A DNA stretch of 62,989 bases, counting the filler. It is 6 parts of 6 records of this genome, joined end to end, with 100 filler letters (N's around TTAATTAATTAA, not from the genome) between each part and the next. Parts side by side here need not be neighbours in the genome. Positions count along the whole stretch, not along the records: positions 17,067 to 30,704 come from DRR723986_1800; 5 more parts are not named here. One strand, 5' to 3'. Position numbers and translations under genes: made by a program. Each line of letters begins with the position of its first letter. Position 1 is the stretch's first letter. The notes beneath the pieces were generated by a model that was not told the origin of the DNA, ran no database searches, and was given only the letters and a program-made list of their open reading frames with translations. Positions 19,710-30,804 of this stretch are shown here, piece after piece.

Positions 19710-20713
19710 ATGCCCATTCTGTTTCTTGCCACCATTGCCGCACACCGGATGGCGGCGATCAGGCTGTCCGGTCGTGCCGTGCTCGTCGCTGCCGCGTCAT
19801 AGCCAGTACCATGGTCCGGGCTGGTGCGGACTATTGGAAGGCCGAGAGTGATGTTTACGCCGCCCCAGAAGTCCAGCGTCTTCACCGGAATCAGGCCCTG
19901 ATCGTGTGTCATGGCGATCACGGCGTCATAAGCGCCGGAGAGGGCTTCGGCGAATACGGTGTCCCCGGGTCTTGCGTCCGAGATATCGATGTTCCGGGAC
20001 CGGAGCGTTGCCGCGGCCGGATTGATGATTTCAATTTCTTCCCGCCCGATTGCGCCGCCTTCTCCTGCATGAGGGTTGAGGCCGGTGAATGCGATGCGAG
20101 GCTTTTCGATTCCAAAGTCTGTCGTCAGTGCGGCGTGTACGATCGTACCCAATTCCACCAGGTTCTCCTGGGTCAGGCTGCCCGGCACGCTGGCGAGGGA
20201 TTGGTGAATGGTGGCCAGGGCAACTCTGAGTCCTCCGCCGGTGAGCATCATCACTGGACGCAGTGGATCGCCACGTTCCGGACGGCAGAGTTCCGCAATG
20301 AATTCCGTGTGGCCTGGATGACGAAAGCCCGTGCCATAGAGCAGGGCCTTATTGATTGGATTGGTAACCAGACCGGCCGCTTTGCCTGCACGAACATGGG
20401 CAACACCGGTTTCAATCGCCGAGATAATGGCTGGGGCGACAGATGGATCCGGTTTGCCAGGGGTTATCGCCGGAAGCTCGCCCACGGAAAGCACGGGCAG
20501 GGCAGTCCCGAATGTTGCGATGGCCTCCTCAGGTGATGAGATCTCGTGAGTTGCACAGCGTTCGCGATACAGTTCAGGCGCGCCGACCACGTAAAACGCC
20601 AGGGATGGATCATCTTGCAAGGCGCCCCAGGCAGCAGCCGTTATCATCGGTCCGACACCAGCGGGGTCACCCATCGACAGGACCAGAGGGGGAAGGGGAA
20701 TGGGTTCGCTCAC
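19706..20713 (-). CDS. pdxA: 4-hydroxythreonine-4-phosphate dehydrogenase
   Basis: MGDPAGVGP, GHTE, GLNPHAGE, HDQGLIPVK, RTSPDHGT. Confidence 0.95.
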   Translation of the reverse strand: MSEPIPLPPLVLSMGDPAGVGPMITAAAWGALQDDPSLAFYVVGAPELYRERCATHEISSPEEAIATFGTALPVLSVGELPAITPGKPDPSVAPAIISAIETGVAHVRAGKAAGLVTNPINKALLYGTGFRHPGHTEFIAELCRPERGDPLRPVMMLTGGGLRVALATIHQSLASVPGSLTQENLVELGTIVHAALTTDFGIEKPRIAFTGLNPHAGEGGAIGREEIEIINPAAATLRSRNIDISDARPGDTVFAEALSGAYDAVIAMTHDQGLIPVKTLDFWGGVNITLGLPIVRTSPDHGTGYDAAATSTARPDSLIAAIRCAAMVARNRMGI

Positions 20714-20751
20714 GCGCCGGATGTCGCGCCAAACGCGTTCGTGCGCAAGTC

Positions 20752-21999
20752 TTAGCGATAGATAATCGTTGCGTCGCGGCGCAGGTTCCGCAGTTCGCGC
20801 TCTGAAATCATGTTCAGTTCACGACCCTTGAGGCTGCTCTTGAGGTCATCCCGTGAAGGCAGCGCCTCTGCACCTTCTTCGCGGCGGCAGACATACATGG
20901 TGCCGAGTCCGCCGCTGACTGCGAAGATATCGGTTGGCTTGCCGATCTCGGCGCCCTCGACCATGGACTTCCCTTCGGGTCCCAGTTCTTCGATGTTGAT
21001 GTCCTCAAGCGGTTGGGCACGCAGACCCTGCGTCGTGTTGGCAACGCTCTGGACGTCGTCACAGGATTGGATGCGTTCCATGGCGGCTTTCAGGTTCTCA
21101 TCCGTCGAATCCTGGGTGATCAGGCGGATCAGGTCGACTTTCGTTGTCGCTTCTGCGGGTTCACGCTTGTTCTGAATAAACAGGATATAGACGCCATTAT
21201 CTACGACGATCGGACCCAATACTCCGGGGCCATCCGCTTCTTCGATGGCAGGAACGAGTTCGGGAGACAGATCCGAGGTGGAGACCCAGCCCATATCGCC
21301 GCCTGTGGCCGCTGTGGGGGCTGATGACAGCCTTTGCGCGGCGACACGGAAGTCTGCGCCGGCTTTCAATTGTTCCAGGATTGACCGCGCCGCTTCTTCC
21401 GCCTGGACCCGGGTTTCAGGATCGGGCGCAAAGAGGAATATCTCCGAGATGCGGTATTGGGTTTTCTTGGCGGCCGCGCGGAGTTGTTCGATCTGATCGT
21501 CCACCTGGTTGTCAGAAATACGGATGCGGGAGCCGTAGAGGCCGCTCATCACCCGGTTCCAGGCGATTTCCGCGCGCATCTGCTCTTCAAGGCTCGATGG
21601 ATCAATCCCGGCTGCGAGCAATTGCGATTTCAGGTCTGAGCCCGTGAGACCGGACTGAGCCGCCATGCCTTCGACAGCGCCGTCGATTTCATCCTTGCTG
21701 ATTTCAAGATCGAACTCGGCGGCTTTGTCGAGCTGCAGGTGTTCATCAATCAGCTGTTCAAGTGCCTGACCGGTGATCTGCTGAACCTGTTCCTGGGTCG
21801 GCTGCTGGCCTCCAAGGCTGAGGAGCAGCATGCGAGCCCGGTCGCGAACATCGGTGAAAGAGATTGGCTGATCATTGACGACCGCGGCAACGCCTTCCAG
21901 CGTCAGGCTGCCATCGCTTGGGGCAGCGTCCTGCGCGCTTGCGGTTCCGGCAATGGGAAGGGCCAGAAATACAGCGGCGACGACGAGTTTGCGAACCAT
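20752..21999 (-). CDS. surA: SurA-like chaperone/PPIase
   Basis: Signal peptide, VAAVVNDQPI, parvulin GGDMGW; lptD-surA-pdxA-rsmA synteny. Confidence 0.9.
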   Translation of the reverse strand: MVRKLVVAAVFLALPIAGTASAQDAAPSDGSLTLEGVAAVVNDQPISFTDVRDRARMLLLSLGGQQPTQEQVQQITGQALEQLIDEHLQLDKAAEFDLEISKDEIDGAVEGMAAQSGLTGSDLKSQLLAAGIDPSSLEEQMRAEIAWNRVMSGLYGSRIRISDNQVDDQIEQLRAAAKKTQYRISEIFLFAPDPETRVQAEEAARSILEQLKAGADFRVAAQRLSSAPTAATGGDMGWVSTSDLSPELVPAIEEADGPGVLGPIVVDNGVYILFIQNKREPAEATTKVDLIRLITQDSTDENLKAAMERIQSCDDVQSVANTTQGLRAQPLEDINIEELGPEGKSMVEGAEIGKPTDIFAVSGGLGTMYVCRREEGAEALPSRDDLKSSLKGRELNMISERELRNLRRDATIIYR

Positions 22000-22151
22000 C
22001 AGAGGTCTCCAATTCGTGCCTGCGGGTTAGCAGGCAGGTATTCAACTTGACCATACAAATCCTGCTGTATGGCGCAACGCGGGCCCGCAGTCCGCCCTGA
22101 TAACTTACGGATATTTAGGGTTCGCGGCGATTTGAGGGCGGCTGTAACGAA

Positions 22152-24341
22152 TCAATCGAAATCGCTTGAGCCGAACTGACCGAGTGTTTTGAGCGAGAAA
22201 CGGATCTGGATATTCTCTGACGGTCCTTGCGTCCGGTCCTGCAATTCGGTTCGGCTGTAAATCAATTCGAGACGGGAGCAATCGTCTTCATAGGCGATGC
22301 CGTAATCTCTCCTGACATTGAGATTATCAGAGATATCCCGCAGCTGCCCGAACAGGAGCGAGTAGCGGTCTGTTACGCGGAATTCGCCGGTGAGGTAGAT
22401 GCCTTCTTCTTCGCCCCGGCTCGGATTCAACCGTTCGCTCAGCTTGTAGTACTGGCCTGTCGCACGCCAGCGCTTCGTTTGGGAGGTCAGCCGGGTATCG
22501 ATACGATTCAGCTTCATGCCATCGTCGTCCAGCCGAACCCGTGTGTCGATTCGCAAGGCACGCCCAAAATCGGCGGTTGCGGCGGCCATCCAGTCGGATG
22601 TCGTCCCATCAAGGTTGGAGGCGGTATTGAACGATGTGTCCGTCCTGGACCGCCAGCGGCGGCCAAAGGTTGCCGAGAGATCTGGCCCATCTCTCCAAAC
22701 CGCTCTGGCGGTCAGGCCAGCAGAGACCTTGCCGTCGCCTTCATAGAGATCGTAGCCGGCAACGCTGTTCGCATCGAACAACACGGTCTCATCCATTTCG
22801 AAGAGCAAGGCGTCCTCATTCGGGATAACCGGGTCGTTGGAGTTGGAAGTGCCCCAGGAAGCCATAATTTCCGGTTCGAGCATGATGTCGAAGTTTTTAC
22901 CCGGCCGGATCAGGGGATAAGCGATGCGGGTGCCGGCATTGCCAACCAGACGGGTTGCATTGTCGTCGCCAGTGGAGGCCGCGTCGAGCTGGTAGTAATC
23001 ACCACGCAGTTCGGCGAACGGTTCGAATGTGAATCCGCCCGGCAGGATCTTGTAGGCAGACCAGTCGGTGCCGACACTTACGCGCTGGCTGTCCGACCCC
23101 ACATCCCGGCGAAGGATAGCGGTTGAGGCATTTAAGCTGGCAAATCCGTAGTCACCAAGATCCCAGTATTTCTCGCTGAACATCAGCGGGGTAACCGTGG
23201 GAAGACTGCCGTCCGTGTCGCTTTCGCGCAGGCCTTGAATGGAGAGCAAGGCGACGTCGGTGTAGTAGGTGTCGCCCTGTCCCACAGCATAAAGCTGGGA
23301 CAACAGGCGCCGTGGCTGGCTCATATAGATGCCACGCTCGTCGCCCTGTCCATCGATATCGTAGCGGCGGTCGTAGAGGTCGTCCGTCTGGGTCTCGACC
23401 CCGAAGCCCCATTGCCACTGGCTCGTCAGGGCGAACCGGCCGCTGCCATAGAGGTGACCACGCCATTTTTCATCACCGAACTTCACGCCGTCGCTGTCGA
23501 AGTCCTGTTCTTGCGTGATACTAGTATTGATGTTGATCGCCCCCGAATAAAATCGTTTCCGGTAGTCGAGTTCGAGCATCGGATTGACGTTTTCGGAGAT
23601 CATGGGCGCGATGGTCAGATCCGAAGATTCTGAAATCGCCCAATAATAGGGTTGCTGGTAAAACGCGCCGAGCTTGGACGAGAAGCCCGCCGACGGGATC
23701 ATCAGGCCTGACCGGCGCTCGGACGTCGGGTCCGGGTGGGCCAGGTACGGGAAATAGAAGACCGGGATGCCCATGACTTCCAGCACCGCATCGCGGTAGG
23801 AAATCATCTGGGATTCCTGATCGAGCACCGCGCGCCGGGCGCGCAGCGACCAGGTCGGGGTCTGGCCCTTGGCCTCGCAAATCGGGCAGGCCGTATAGAT
23901 GACCTGGTCCATGGCATTGATGCCGTCGGGCTGACGGATGGCGGAATTGGCAACAATTGTTGACCCGTCTGGTAACCGGGCTGAGTAGCCGATCGCATAC
24001 CCGTCCGACAGGTTGGAACCGACTTCGACTTCGTCGGAGAACTGCTGTGTGCCGTCCTGTTCAATGATGACGACATTGCCGGCGGCTCGCACACGCTCCG
24101 TCATGCGATTGTAGATCAGCCGGTCAGCCCGAAGGATCCGCCCGTCATAAAAGGCTTCGACATTGCCTTCGGCAACGATGGAATTCTCATCCCGCAGCTC
24201 GTAGACATAGTCGGCTTCCAAGACCACCTGTTCCGAGGTCGTCGCGGTATCTGTGGCTGAGGTGTTCTCCTGCGCCATCGCCCCGAAGGACGGAGTTGCG
24301 GCAAGTGCCAGGGCTGCAGCGTAGTGATACCAATTGGCCAA
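22152..24341 (-). CDS. lptD: LPS assembly protein LptD
   Basis: OstA-like N-terminus, YTAC, HPDPT..RRSG, YEDDC beta-barrel end. Confidence 0.93.
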   Translation of the reverse strand: MANWYHYAAALALAATPSFGAMAQENTSATDTATTSEQVVLEADYVYELRDENSIVAEGNVEAFYDGRILRADRLIYNRMTERVRAAGNVVIIEQDGTQQFSDEVEVGSNLSDGYAIGYSARLPDGSTIVANSAIRQPDGINAMDQVIYTACPICEAKGQTPTWSLRARRAVLDQESQMISYRDAVLEVMGIPVFYFPYLAHPDPTSERRSGLMIPSAGFSSKLGAFYQQPYYWAISESSDLTIAPMISENVNPMLELDYRKRFYSGAININTSITQEQDFDSDGVKFGDEKWRGHLYGSGRFALTSQWQWGFGVETQTDDLYDRRYDIDGQGDERGIYMSQPRRLLSQLYAVGQGDTYYTDVALLSIQGLRESDTDGSLPTVTPLMFSEKYWDLGDYGFASLNASTAILRRDVGSDSQRVSVGTDWSAYKILPGGFTFEPFAELRGDYYQLDAASTGDDNATRLVGNAGTRIAYPLIRPGKNFDIMLEPEIMASWGTSNSNDPVIPNEDALLFEMDETVLFDANSVAGYDLYEGDGKVSAGLTARAVWRDGPDLSATFGRRWRSRTDTSFNTASNLDGTTSDWMAAATADFGRALRIDTRVRLDDDGMKLNRIDTRLTSQTKRWRATGQYYKLSERLNPSRGEEEGIYLTGEFRVTDRYSLLFGQLRDISDNLNVRRDYGIAYEDDCSRLELIYSRTELQDRTQGPSENIQIRFSLKTLGQFGSSDFD

Positions 24342-24375
24342 ATCGGGCTACCTCGGTGTTACCCCGCCAGCACTG

Positions 24376-24561
24376 TCACTGGCTTCGGAATACGGAACTC
24401 TGTCTCGGTTTCTGAGGCTTAGAGGCTGTCCCCGGCATCGTCCAGCCACCGAGCGCGTCTGAGCGCCGTTTCAGCGCCAATTCGGTGCAGTGAGGCCACA
24501 GCCCCAGATCTCCGCTCAGACAGTCAATGCGCGTCCAGTCCAGCCGTTCGCCATTAGACAT
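24376..24561 (-). pseudogene. dprA: Degenerate 5' relic of dprA
   Basis: TAATG coupling to the plsY stop; MSNGERLDWTRI resembles the DprA N-terminus (LSD.ERLDWLRL); occupies the usual dprA position. Confidence 0.5.
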
Positions 24562-25193
24562 TATGCGTCAGGTTTCGCTTTGGAACTGCCAAACCTCGGT
24601 TCAGTGCCCTTGAGCAGGCGGCCAAGATTGGCCCGGTGGGTCCAGAAGACGAAAGCAGACAGTGCCGCCAGCCCGCAGAGGATAAACCAGTTGTGCGGCC
24701 GGTGCTGGAGCTCTTCCACGAGCCACGCGCCAGGTGCAACGAGGACAGCTGCGGTCAGCGCCGCAAGGGATGAAACGCGCGTGAGGGCAAAAATCCCGAA
24801 CCAGACCGGCGCAGCAACATAGAAAGCAGGAAGCGAGACAAACGGCAGCAAGCCAGCGAAGGTTGCGACGCCTTTGCCACCCTTGAAGCCCAGCCAGATC
24901 GGGTAGCAATGCCCAACGAAGGCTGAGGCTCCGGCGACGAGCCCCATTTCAGGCCCGCCGAATGCGCCAAACCCCAGAGCAACGAGACCGGCCTTGAGAC
25001 TGTCGAGCAGTAGCGTTGCCAGCGCGAGATCCTTCCGGCCGGTCCGTAACACATTGGTCGCGCCAATATTGCCGGAACCGATTGCGCGAATGTCGCCGAG
25101 ACCGGCAGCACGGGTGAGCAGCAGCCCGAATGGGATGGATCCGGCCAGGTAACCAATCAGTACGGCAAGCGGAAAAGCGAGATATGCGACCAT
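24561..25193 (-). CDS. plsY: Glycerol-3-phosphate acyltransferase
   Basis: GSIPFG, GSGNIGATNVLRTG, FKGGKGVAT, HRANL.RL. Confidence 0.95.
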   Translation of the reverse strand: MVAYLAFPLAVLIGYLAGSIPFGLLLTRAAGLGDIRAIGSGNIGATNVLRTGRKDLALATLLLDSLKAGLVALGFGAFGGPEMGLVAGASAFVGHCYPIWLGFKGGKGVATFAGLLPFVSLPAFYVAAPVWFGIFALTRVSSLAALTAAVLVAPGAWLVEELQHRPHNWFILCGLAALSAFVFWTHRANLGRLLKGTEPRFGSSKAKPDA

Positions 25194-25253
25194 GCGCAAC
25201 TCCGTAAAACACGTTTAAGTGGTAGGCAGGGATCGGCGCGCGGGCAAGCCTTC

Positions 25254-26546
25254 TCAGGAGATGCTTTTGTGCGTGAAGACTTCTTCCCCGCCAACGAAGG
25301 TCCGCAGGACACGGCCTTGCAGGCGGCGGCCATCGAAAGGAGAGTTGGTCGAACGAGAACGCAAATGCTCGCGTTCGCACAGCCACGGCTTGCCAGGATC
25401 AAACAGGATCAGGTCTGCCGGAGCACTTTCGGCGAGACGGCCCTGCGGAAGTCCGAGCATATCCGCTGGCCGGCAAGTGACCGGCGCAAGCGCTTCCAGC
25501 AGGCTGAGCGGACCGTCATGGACGAGGCTGAGCATGGCGGGCAGAACCGTTTCAAGTCCCGCCGCGCCGAAAGCGGCTTCACCAAACGGCAGGCGTTTTT
25601 CTTCAGGTGGCTGAGGGTCATGCGCGGAAACGACGGCATCGATTTCGCCACGCTTCAGGGCGTCGATCAGACCGAGCCTTGTTACCTCGTCCCGGAAGGG
25701 CGGATTGACTTTGCAGTAGGTCAGGTAGTCGCCGACGTCCAATTCATTGAAGAAGAAGCTATGGGCGGCGGCGGTGGTGAAGACCTTTGCGCCTCGCGCG
25801 CGTGCAGCCCTGGCGATTTCGATCGTCCGTGTTGTCGAAACCTGATCCATGATCAGCGTACAGCCGGTTGCCTCGGCAAGTGCGGTATCCCGCATGGCGC
25901 CGATCCATTCTGCTTCGACCGGAATGCCTGAAAGCCCCATACGTCCGGCCAACTCACCAGCATTCATGACACCTGATCCTGCCAGCGCCCGCTCATCCGG
26001 CCGGGACATGATCGTCGCGCCGAGGCTGCTTGCGTATGCCATGGCACGCTTCAGGATCGAGGCATTGGCGACAGGAAGGTCACCATTTGTGAAAATGATT
26101 GCGCCGGAATTGGCCATAAGGCCGATCTCGGCCATGGCTTCGCCTTTCAGACCGGTTGTCAGAGCACCGGCCGGATAAATCCGGGCGGCGGCACTCGACT
26201 TGGCCCGCTCGGTGATGAAACGGACAAGCGCCATGTCGTCGATGACCGGCCTTGTGTCCGGCATCACCACAAAACTTGTGATGCCGCCCGCCACAGCAGA
26301 GCGCGATGCTGTTGCCAGAGTTTCTTTCTGCTCAATGCCGGGTTCACCGGTTTTGACACGCAGATCAACAAGGCCTGGCGCGAGACACAAGCCGCCTGCG
26401 TCGATCGACGCCTTGGCATCCTCGTGAGGCGTGGTCTGCCCCGCGGAGATCTCCTTTACCTTGCCGCGATCGACATAGATCGCGCCGACCTCGTCGAGTT
26501 TACTCGCAGGGTCGAGCAGGCGGGCATTGTAAATGCTGAGGCTCAT
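25254..26546 (-). CDS. pyrC: Dihydroorotase-like protein, probably the non-catalytic PyrC' type
   Basis: Amidohydrolase motifs KVNPP, NSPF, but HxH is replaced by DLRVK; follows pyrB. Confidence 0.88.
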   Translation of the reverse strand: MSLSIYNARLLDPASKLDEVGAIYVDRGKVKEISAGQTTPHEDAKASIDAGGLCLAPGLVDLRVKTGEPGIEQKETLATASRSAVAGGITSFVVMPDTRPVIDDMALVRFITERAKSSAAARIYPAGALTTGLKGEAMAEIGLMANSGAIIFTNGDLPVANASILKRAMAYASSLGATIMSRPDERALAGSGVMNAGELAGRMGLSGIPVEAEWIGAMRDTALAEATGCTLIMDQVSTTRTIEIARAARARGAKVFTTAAAHSFFFNELDVGDYLTYCKVNPPFRDEVTRLGLIDALKRGEIDAVVSAHDPQPPEEKRLPFGEAAFGAAGLETVLPAMLSLVHDGPLSLLEALAPVTCRPADMLGLPQGRLAESAPADLILFDPGKPWLCEREHLRSRSTNSPFDGRRLQGRVLRTFVGGEEVFTHKSIS

Positions 26547-27490
26547 GCGCGGCCTCCCGCAAGGAGATGGAGCACAGCTTCACGCACAGCGACACCCATT
26601 TCGACCTGTTCCGTGATGACGGATTGTTCGCCGTCTGCAATGGCGCTTTCGATTTCGATGCCCCGGTTCATCGGGCCGGGGTGCATGACAGTGGCGTCCG
26701 GCTTGGCGAGGGCCAGCCGATCCTTGGTGAGGCCGAAGAAGCTGAAATATTCGCGCCGGCTGGGCAGGAAAGCCCCATCCATGCGCTCCAGTTGCAGGCG
26801 CAGCATCATGACGATGTCTGCGCCTTTCAGTGCCTTGTCGAAATCGGTGGTCGCGCTGGCTGCGCCCCAGGTTTCGGTGCCGGAGGGTAGAAGTGTGCGC
26901 GGAGCACAAAGATGAACTTCAGCCCCCATCAGATGTAGCACTTGCGTTGTCGAGCGGGCGACGCGGGAATGCGCTATGTCACCGCAAATCACGACTTTCA
27001 GGCCCTCGATCCGGCCTTTGGCGCGGCGGATGGTCAAGGTGTCTAGCAGGCCCTGAGTGGGATGCTGGTGCGTTCCATCACCTGCATTGATCACGGCGCA
27101 ATCGACCTTTCGGGACAGAAGCTTCGGACCACCAGAGGCCGAGTGCCTCACGATCAGCGCATCCGGCTTCATCGCGTTCAGCGTCATCGCAGTGTCGATC
27201 AGCGTTTCGCCCTTTTTCACGCTGGAGGCGGCGACCGGCATTGAGATCACATCCGCACCAAGGCGACGGGCTGCGATTTCGAAGCTGCTCATTGTCCGTG
27301 TGGAGTTCTCGAAGAACAGGTTCACGACCACTTTGCCCTTCAGCACCGGATCGGGCCGGATGCCAGCGCGTGTTGCCTCGGCATATCTGTCAGCGAGGTC
27401 CAGAATGTGGGTGATATCGAGAGGAGAGAGCCCTTCAATACTGAGCAGGTGCTCATGATCGAAGCTGTAGTGATATGCCGCCCGGGTCAT
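26543..27490 (-). CDS. pyrB: Aspartate carbamoyltransferase catalytic subunit
   Basis: [28 protein letters not shown]. Confidence 0.96.
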   Translation of the reverse strand: MTRAAYHYSFDHEHLLSIEGLSPLDITHILDLADRYAEATRAGIRPDPVLKGKVVVNLFFENSTRTMSSFEIAARRLGADVISMPVAASSVKKGETLIDTAMTLNAMKPDALIVRHSASGGPKLLSRKVDCAVINAGDGTHQHPTQGLLDTLTIRRAKGRIEGLKVVICGDIAHSRVARSTTQVLHLMGAEVHLCAPRTLLPSGTETWGAASATTDFDKALKGADIVMMLRLQLERMDGAFLPSRREYFSFFGLTKDRLALAKPDATVMHPGPMNRGIEIESAIADGEQSVITEQVEMGVAVREAVLHLLAGGRA

Positions 27491-27545
27491 GGAGGCCCTT
27501 TCGATTTTTGGCGGTTTAGGCCCGATTCCGTCGGGCTTCAAGCCC

Positions 27546-28472
27546 TCAGACGACGGGAAGCTGTGTAACCGCGAGGTAGAGCAGGGGCATGGTGAGCATG
27601 GCAAGCACGGTCTCGACCGCGATCAGGTTCGCTGCGAGCGGCGCGTCTCCACCGAGTTCGCGGGCGAGGATGTAGGATGATGTCGCTGTCGGCGTGGCGG
27701 CACAGATCACCGCGATGGTCAGCGGAATGCCAGAGAGGCCCAGCACCATACCAAATCCAACCGCGAATACCGGAAGTCCGACCAACCTCACCAAGGACCA
27801 GCCGAAAGTACGCGGCCCGGCTCGGCGAAGGGCGGACAGATCCACACCGGCGCCTGCAGACAGGAGACCCAGTGCGAGCGCCGCGTCGCCCAGAATTCCG
27901 AGGCTATCGTCCAGCAGTTCTGGCAGCTCGATATTCGCCGTTGCCAGACCGAGCCCTGCCACACACGCGATGACGATCGGGTTTTTGACCAAAGCCAGCA
28001 GTGGCTTGGGGGCGGGCCCATGCGGCCGGTCTGCGTGGGCGATCAAAGCATAGACGGACAGCACATTTGCCGTCGGGATCATGGCGGCAGCTGCAATGGT
28101 CACAAGGGCGAGGCCTTCCTGTCCGAACAGGAGGCTACCGATCGACAGGCCGATCATCGTATTCCAGCGTACGTTCGATTGAATGACGGATCCGACAGCC
28201 GGGCGGGGCATGCCTGGAAGGAATCTTCCCAGCAGGCCGACGCCGGCAAGCGCGAACTGCGCCAGGATCAACGCACCGGCCAGACGCCACGGCGCCGTCT
28301 CAAAGGGCGCGTTTGCCAGAGTCCGGACGATCAGGGCCGGAAACAGCACGACATAAGAAAGGCGCTCAATCGCCCGCCAGCTCTCGGCGGGGATCCATTT
28401 GCGGACCGACAGGACATGGCCGAGCGTGACGATGGCGATGACCGGAAGCAGGGCATACAGAAATCCGCTCAT
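27546..28472 (-). CDS. AEC (auxin efflux carrier) family transporter
   Basis: About 10 TM segments; [25 protein letters not shown]. Confidence 0.88.
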   Translation of the reverse strand: MSGFLYALLPVIAIVTLGHVLSVRKWIPAESWRAIERLSYVVLFPALIVRTLANAPFETAPWRLAGALILAQFALAGVGLLGRFLPGMPRPAVGSVIQSNVRWNTMIGLSIGSLLFGQEGLALVTIAAAAMIPTANVLSVYALIAHADRPHGPAPKPLLALVKNPIVIACVAGLGLATANIELPELLDDSLGILGDAALALGLLSAGAGVDLSALRRAGPRTFGWSLVRLVGLPVFAVGFGMVLGLSGIPLTIAVICAATPTATSSYILARELGGDAPLAANLIAVETVLAMLTMPLLYLAVTQLPVV

Positions 28473-28927
28473 GCGTCTCGCTCCAGGCGTTCCAGTGCCG
28501 ATTTGAGGATGATTGCTGCCGCAGAGGCATCGATCCGTTCTGCGCGCTTCTTCCGGGACAAATCCGCTTCCAGCATCGCCCATTCGGCTTCTGCAGTGGA
28601 GAGACGCTCATCCTGGAAAAGGATCGGCACATCACGATGTTTCATGATGTTCCAGGCGAACGCCCGGACCGATTGCGCCCTCGGGCCTTCGGTGCCATCC
28701 ATGTTCAGCGGCAGGCCAACGACAAGTCCTACCGCCTTGCGATCGTCATACAGGTGGAACAGGTGGTCCAGCACCGGAGCCAGTTTCCGTCCTTTCGGAA
28801 TGGTCTCGACAGGACTGGCAATCATGCGGAGGGCGTCGCAGGAAGCCACGCCCACTGTCTTCGTCCCGGGGTCGAGCCCGAGAAGAGGACCGGCGGAAGG
28901 GAAATCGGCAACGTCAACGACAGGCAT
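28469..28927 (-). CDS. ruvX: YqgF/RuvX pre-16S rRNA nuclease
   Basis: [35 protein letters not shown]. Confidence 0.95.
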   Translation of the reverse strand: MPVVDVADFPSAGPLLGLDPGTKTVGVASCDALRMIASPVETIPKGRKLAPVLDHLFHLYDDRKAVGLVVGLPLNMDGTEGPRAQSVRAFAWNIMKHRDVPILFQDERLSTAEAEWAMLEADLSRKKRAERIDASAAAIILKSALERLERDA

Positions 28928-29001
28928 GGGCTGCCCACATAGCGCCTTGATGGGGCGTTGCCTATGGCGTATTCGGGCGGCAGCAGTTCCGGAGATTTCC
29001 C

Positions 29002-29289
29002 ATGAGTGTCACCAAGGACGATGTTCGCAAGGTCGCGCGTTTGTCGCGTATCGCTGTTGATGAAGCTCACCTGGAGGAGCTGGCGGGGGAATTGAACGGC
29101 ATTCTCGGCTGGATCGACCAGCTGAACGAAGTCGACATCTCCGATGTGGAGCCGCTTACTTCCGTGGTCGAGACCAAATTGCCGATGCGGGAAGATGTTG
29201 TCACGGACGGCAACATTCCGGATCAGGTGCTGGCCAACGCACCACGGACCGAGGACGGGTTCTTCGTGGTACCGAAGTCGGTCGAGTAG
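29002..29289 (+). CDS. gatC: Asp/Glu-tRNA amidotransferase subunit C
   Basis: VARLSRI, MREDVV, FFVVPK. Confidence 0.95.
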   Translation: MSVTKDDVRKVARLSRIAVDEAHLEELAGELNGILGWIDQLNEVDISDVEPLTSVVETKLPMREDVVTDGNIPDQVLANAPRTEDGFFVVPKSVE

Positions 29290-29292
29290 GCT

Positions 29293-29685
29293 TCACACCG
29301 CTTCGGCGGCAAAATCTCCATAATCGATCAGGACTTCTTCGCCGGCGGCTATGTCGCGCGAGGCGCAAAGCGTGACGGTTGCCGCTATGGCATCGATATT
29401 GAAGGTCGCATTGGCGTCAGGGGAGTGGTTGCACATGGAGATGGGGCCAAATGCGACTGCGGCGCGCATCGCGCCTTCAGCATTTTCATCCACGTAGAAT
29501 ATGTAGTGGTACAGGCGCGTCGCTTTCACGTGCGCGGTGTCTTCGGTGCTGAGTATAAGCGCAGGCCAGGCGCCAATCTCGGTTCCTGCAGCAATTTCTA
29601 CGGCCGCGTACAAGCCGCGACCGTGCAGGGGAGATTGCTTCACCTCGACCAACGAGGCCTGATTGTTGGGGAACATGCCCGTCAC
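29293..29685 (-). CDS. SET domain protein-lysine methyltransferase
   Basis: SPLHGRGLYA, MCNHSPDANA, DIAAGEEVLIDYG. Confidence 0.88.
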   Translation of the reverse strand: MTGMFPNNQASLVEVKQSPLHGRGLYAAVEIAAGTEIGAWPALILSTEDTAHVKATRLYHYIFYVDENAEGAMRAAVAFGPISMCNHSPDANATFNIDAIAATVTLCASRDIAAGEEVLIDYGDFAAEAV

Positions 29686-29710
29686 ATACCATGACCAGCA
29701 AAACCCGGCA

Positions 29711-30181
29711 TCAGGATTCTTCGGAAGAATCTTCCGATTCCGTTGGATCCTTTTTCAGGTCACCATCAGGCTTTTCTGCTTTGGGATCCCACTTGTACAT
29801 GGATTTCACCACGCAACGGGCTGTGCTGAAAGGCTGGTTACGTTGAGGCATCAGCGAGTCGGAAACAGCGATTCTGTCGCCATTGGTCAGGCAGCTGGTA
29901 GATGCGTCGATCTTCATTGTGACGGCATGTTCAAGCGGTGTACATGTGCCGAACACTTCGATCAGGTAGTGATCCCGACCTTCTCTCACGGTGAACGTGT
30001 CCCGGGTATTGTCACCGAAACTGTCGATGTTGCGGGCAAAACAGATCCGATCGACTTTTTCGCCGAGGCGAGGGTCGTCCGCATATTTTGCGACGCCAGT
30101 CGGTTCCCGCTCCGAACCTTCGGTGGAGGCGCAGCCGGCCAAGGCAATCAGGGCGGTGGCAAGGGTGAGACTAAGGCGCAT
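29711..30181 (-). CDS. Lipoprotein (DUF6491-like)
   Basis: Lipobox LAGC; LGEKVDRICF; four further Cys; AGGAG RBS. Confidence 0.75.
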   Translation of the reverse strand: MRLSLTLATALIALAGCASTEGSEREPTGVAKYADDPRLGEKVDRICFARNIDSFGDNTRDTFTVREGRDHYLIEVFGTCTPLEHAVTMKIDASTSCLTNGDRIAVSDSLMPQRNQPFSTARCVVKSMYKWDPKAEKPDGDLKKDPTESEDSSEES

Positions 30182-30320
30182 GGCAATCTCCTTCTGGGCA
30201 AATCCAGCCTCACAATGGTGTGACGAACTGATATCTGCCTGACAAGCACTCTCACAGAGACTTGAACTTTCAGCACAAGCCGTCATAGCAGGCGGGCAGA
30301 ATTGCCGGAGACCCGCTACG

Positions 30321-30704
30321 ATGACCGATCTGACGAAGCTGACCCTTGCAGACGCCCTGGATGGCCTGAAGGCGAAGAAATTCTCGTCCCGGGAGATCAC
30401 GCAGGACTTTATTCGGACCATTGAGGGCTCGCGGGTCCTGAATGCCTATGTCTTTGAAACGCCGGAGAAGGCGTTGGATATGGCCGACAAGGCCGATGAG
30501 CGTCTTGGGAAAGGCGAGGGCGGAAAGCTCGAAGGCGCTCCCCTTGGCGTGAAGGATCTCTATTGTACCAAGGGCGTCCGCACGACGGCCTGCAGCAATA
30601 TCCTCGGCGAATTCACGCCGACTTACGAGTCGACCGTCACGCAGAATTTGTGGGACGAAGGCGCCGTTATGCTCGGCAAGCTCAACATGGACGAATTCGC
30701 CATG
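30321..30704 (+). CDS. gatA: Asp/Glu-tRNA amidotransferase subunit A, 3'-truncated
   Basis: [23 protein letters not shown] amidase signature. Confidence 0.95.
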
Positions 30705-30804
30705 NNNNNNNNNNNNNNNNNNNNNNNNNNNNNNNNNNNNNNNNNNNNTTAATTAATTAANNNNNNNNNNNNNNNNNNNNNNNNNNNNNNNNNNNNNNNN
30801 NNNN
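30705..30804. other. Artificial contig spacer
   Basis: N run with TTAATTAATTAA. Confidence 0.98.
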
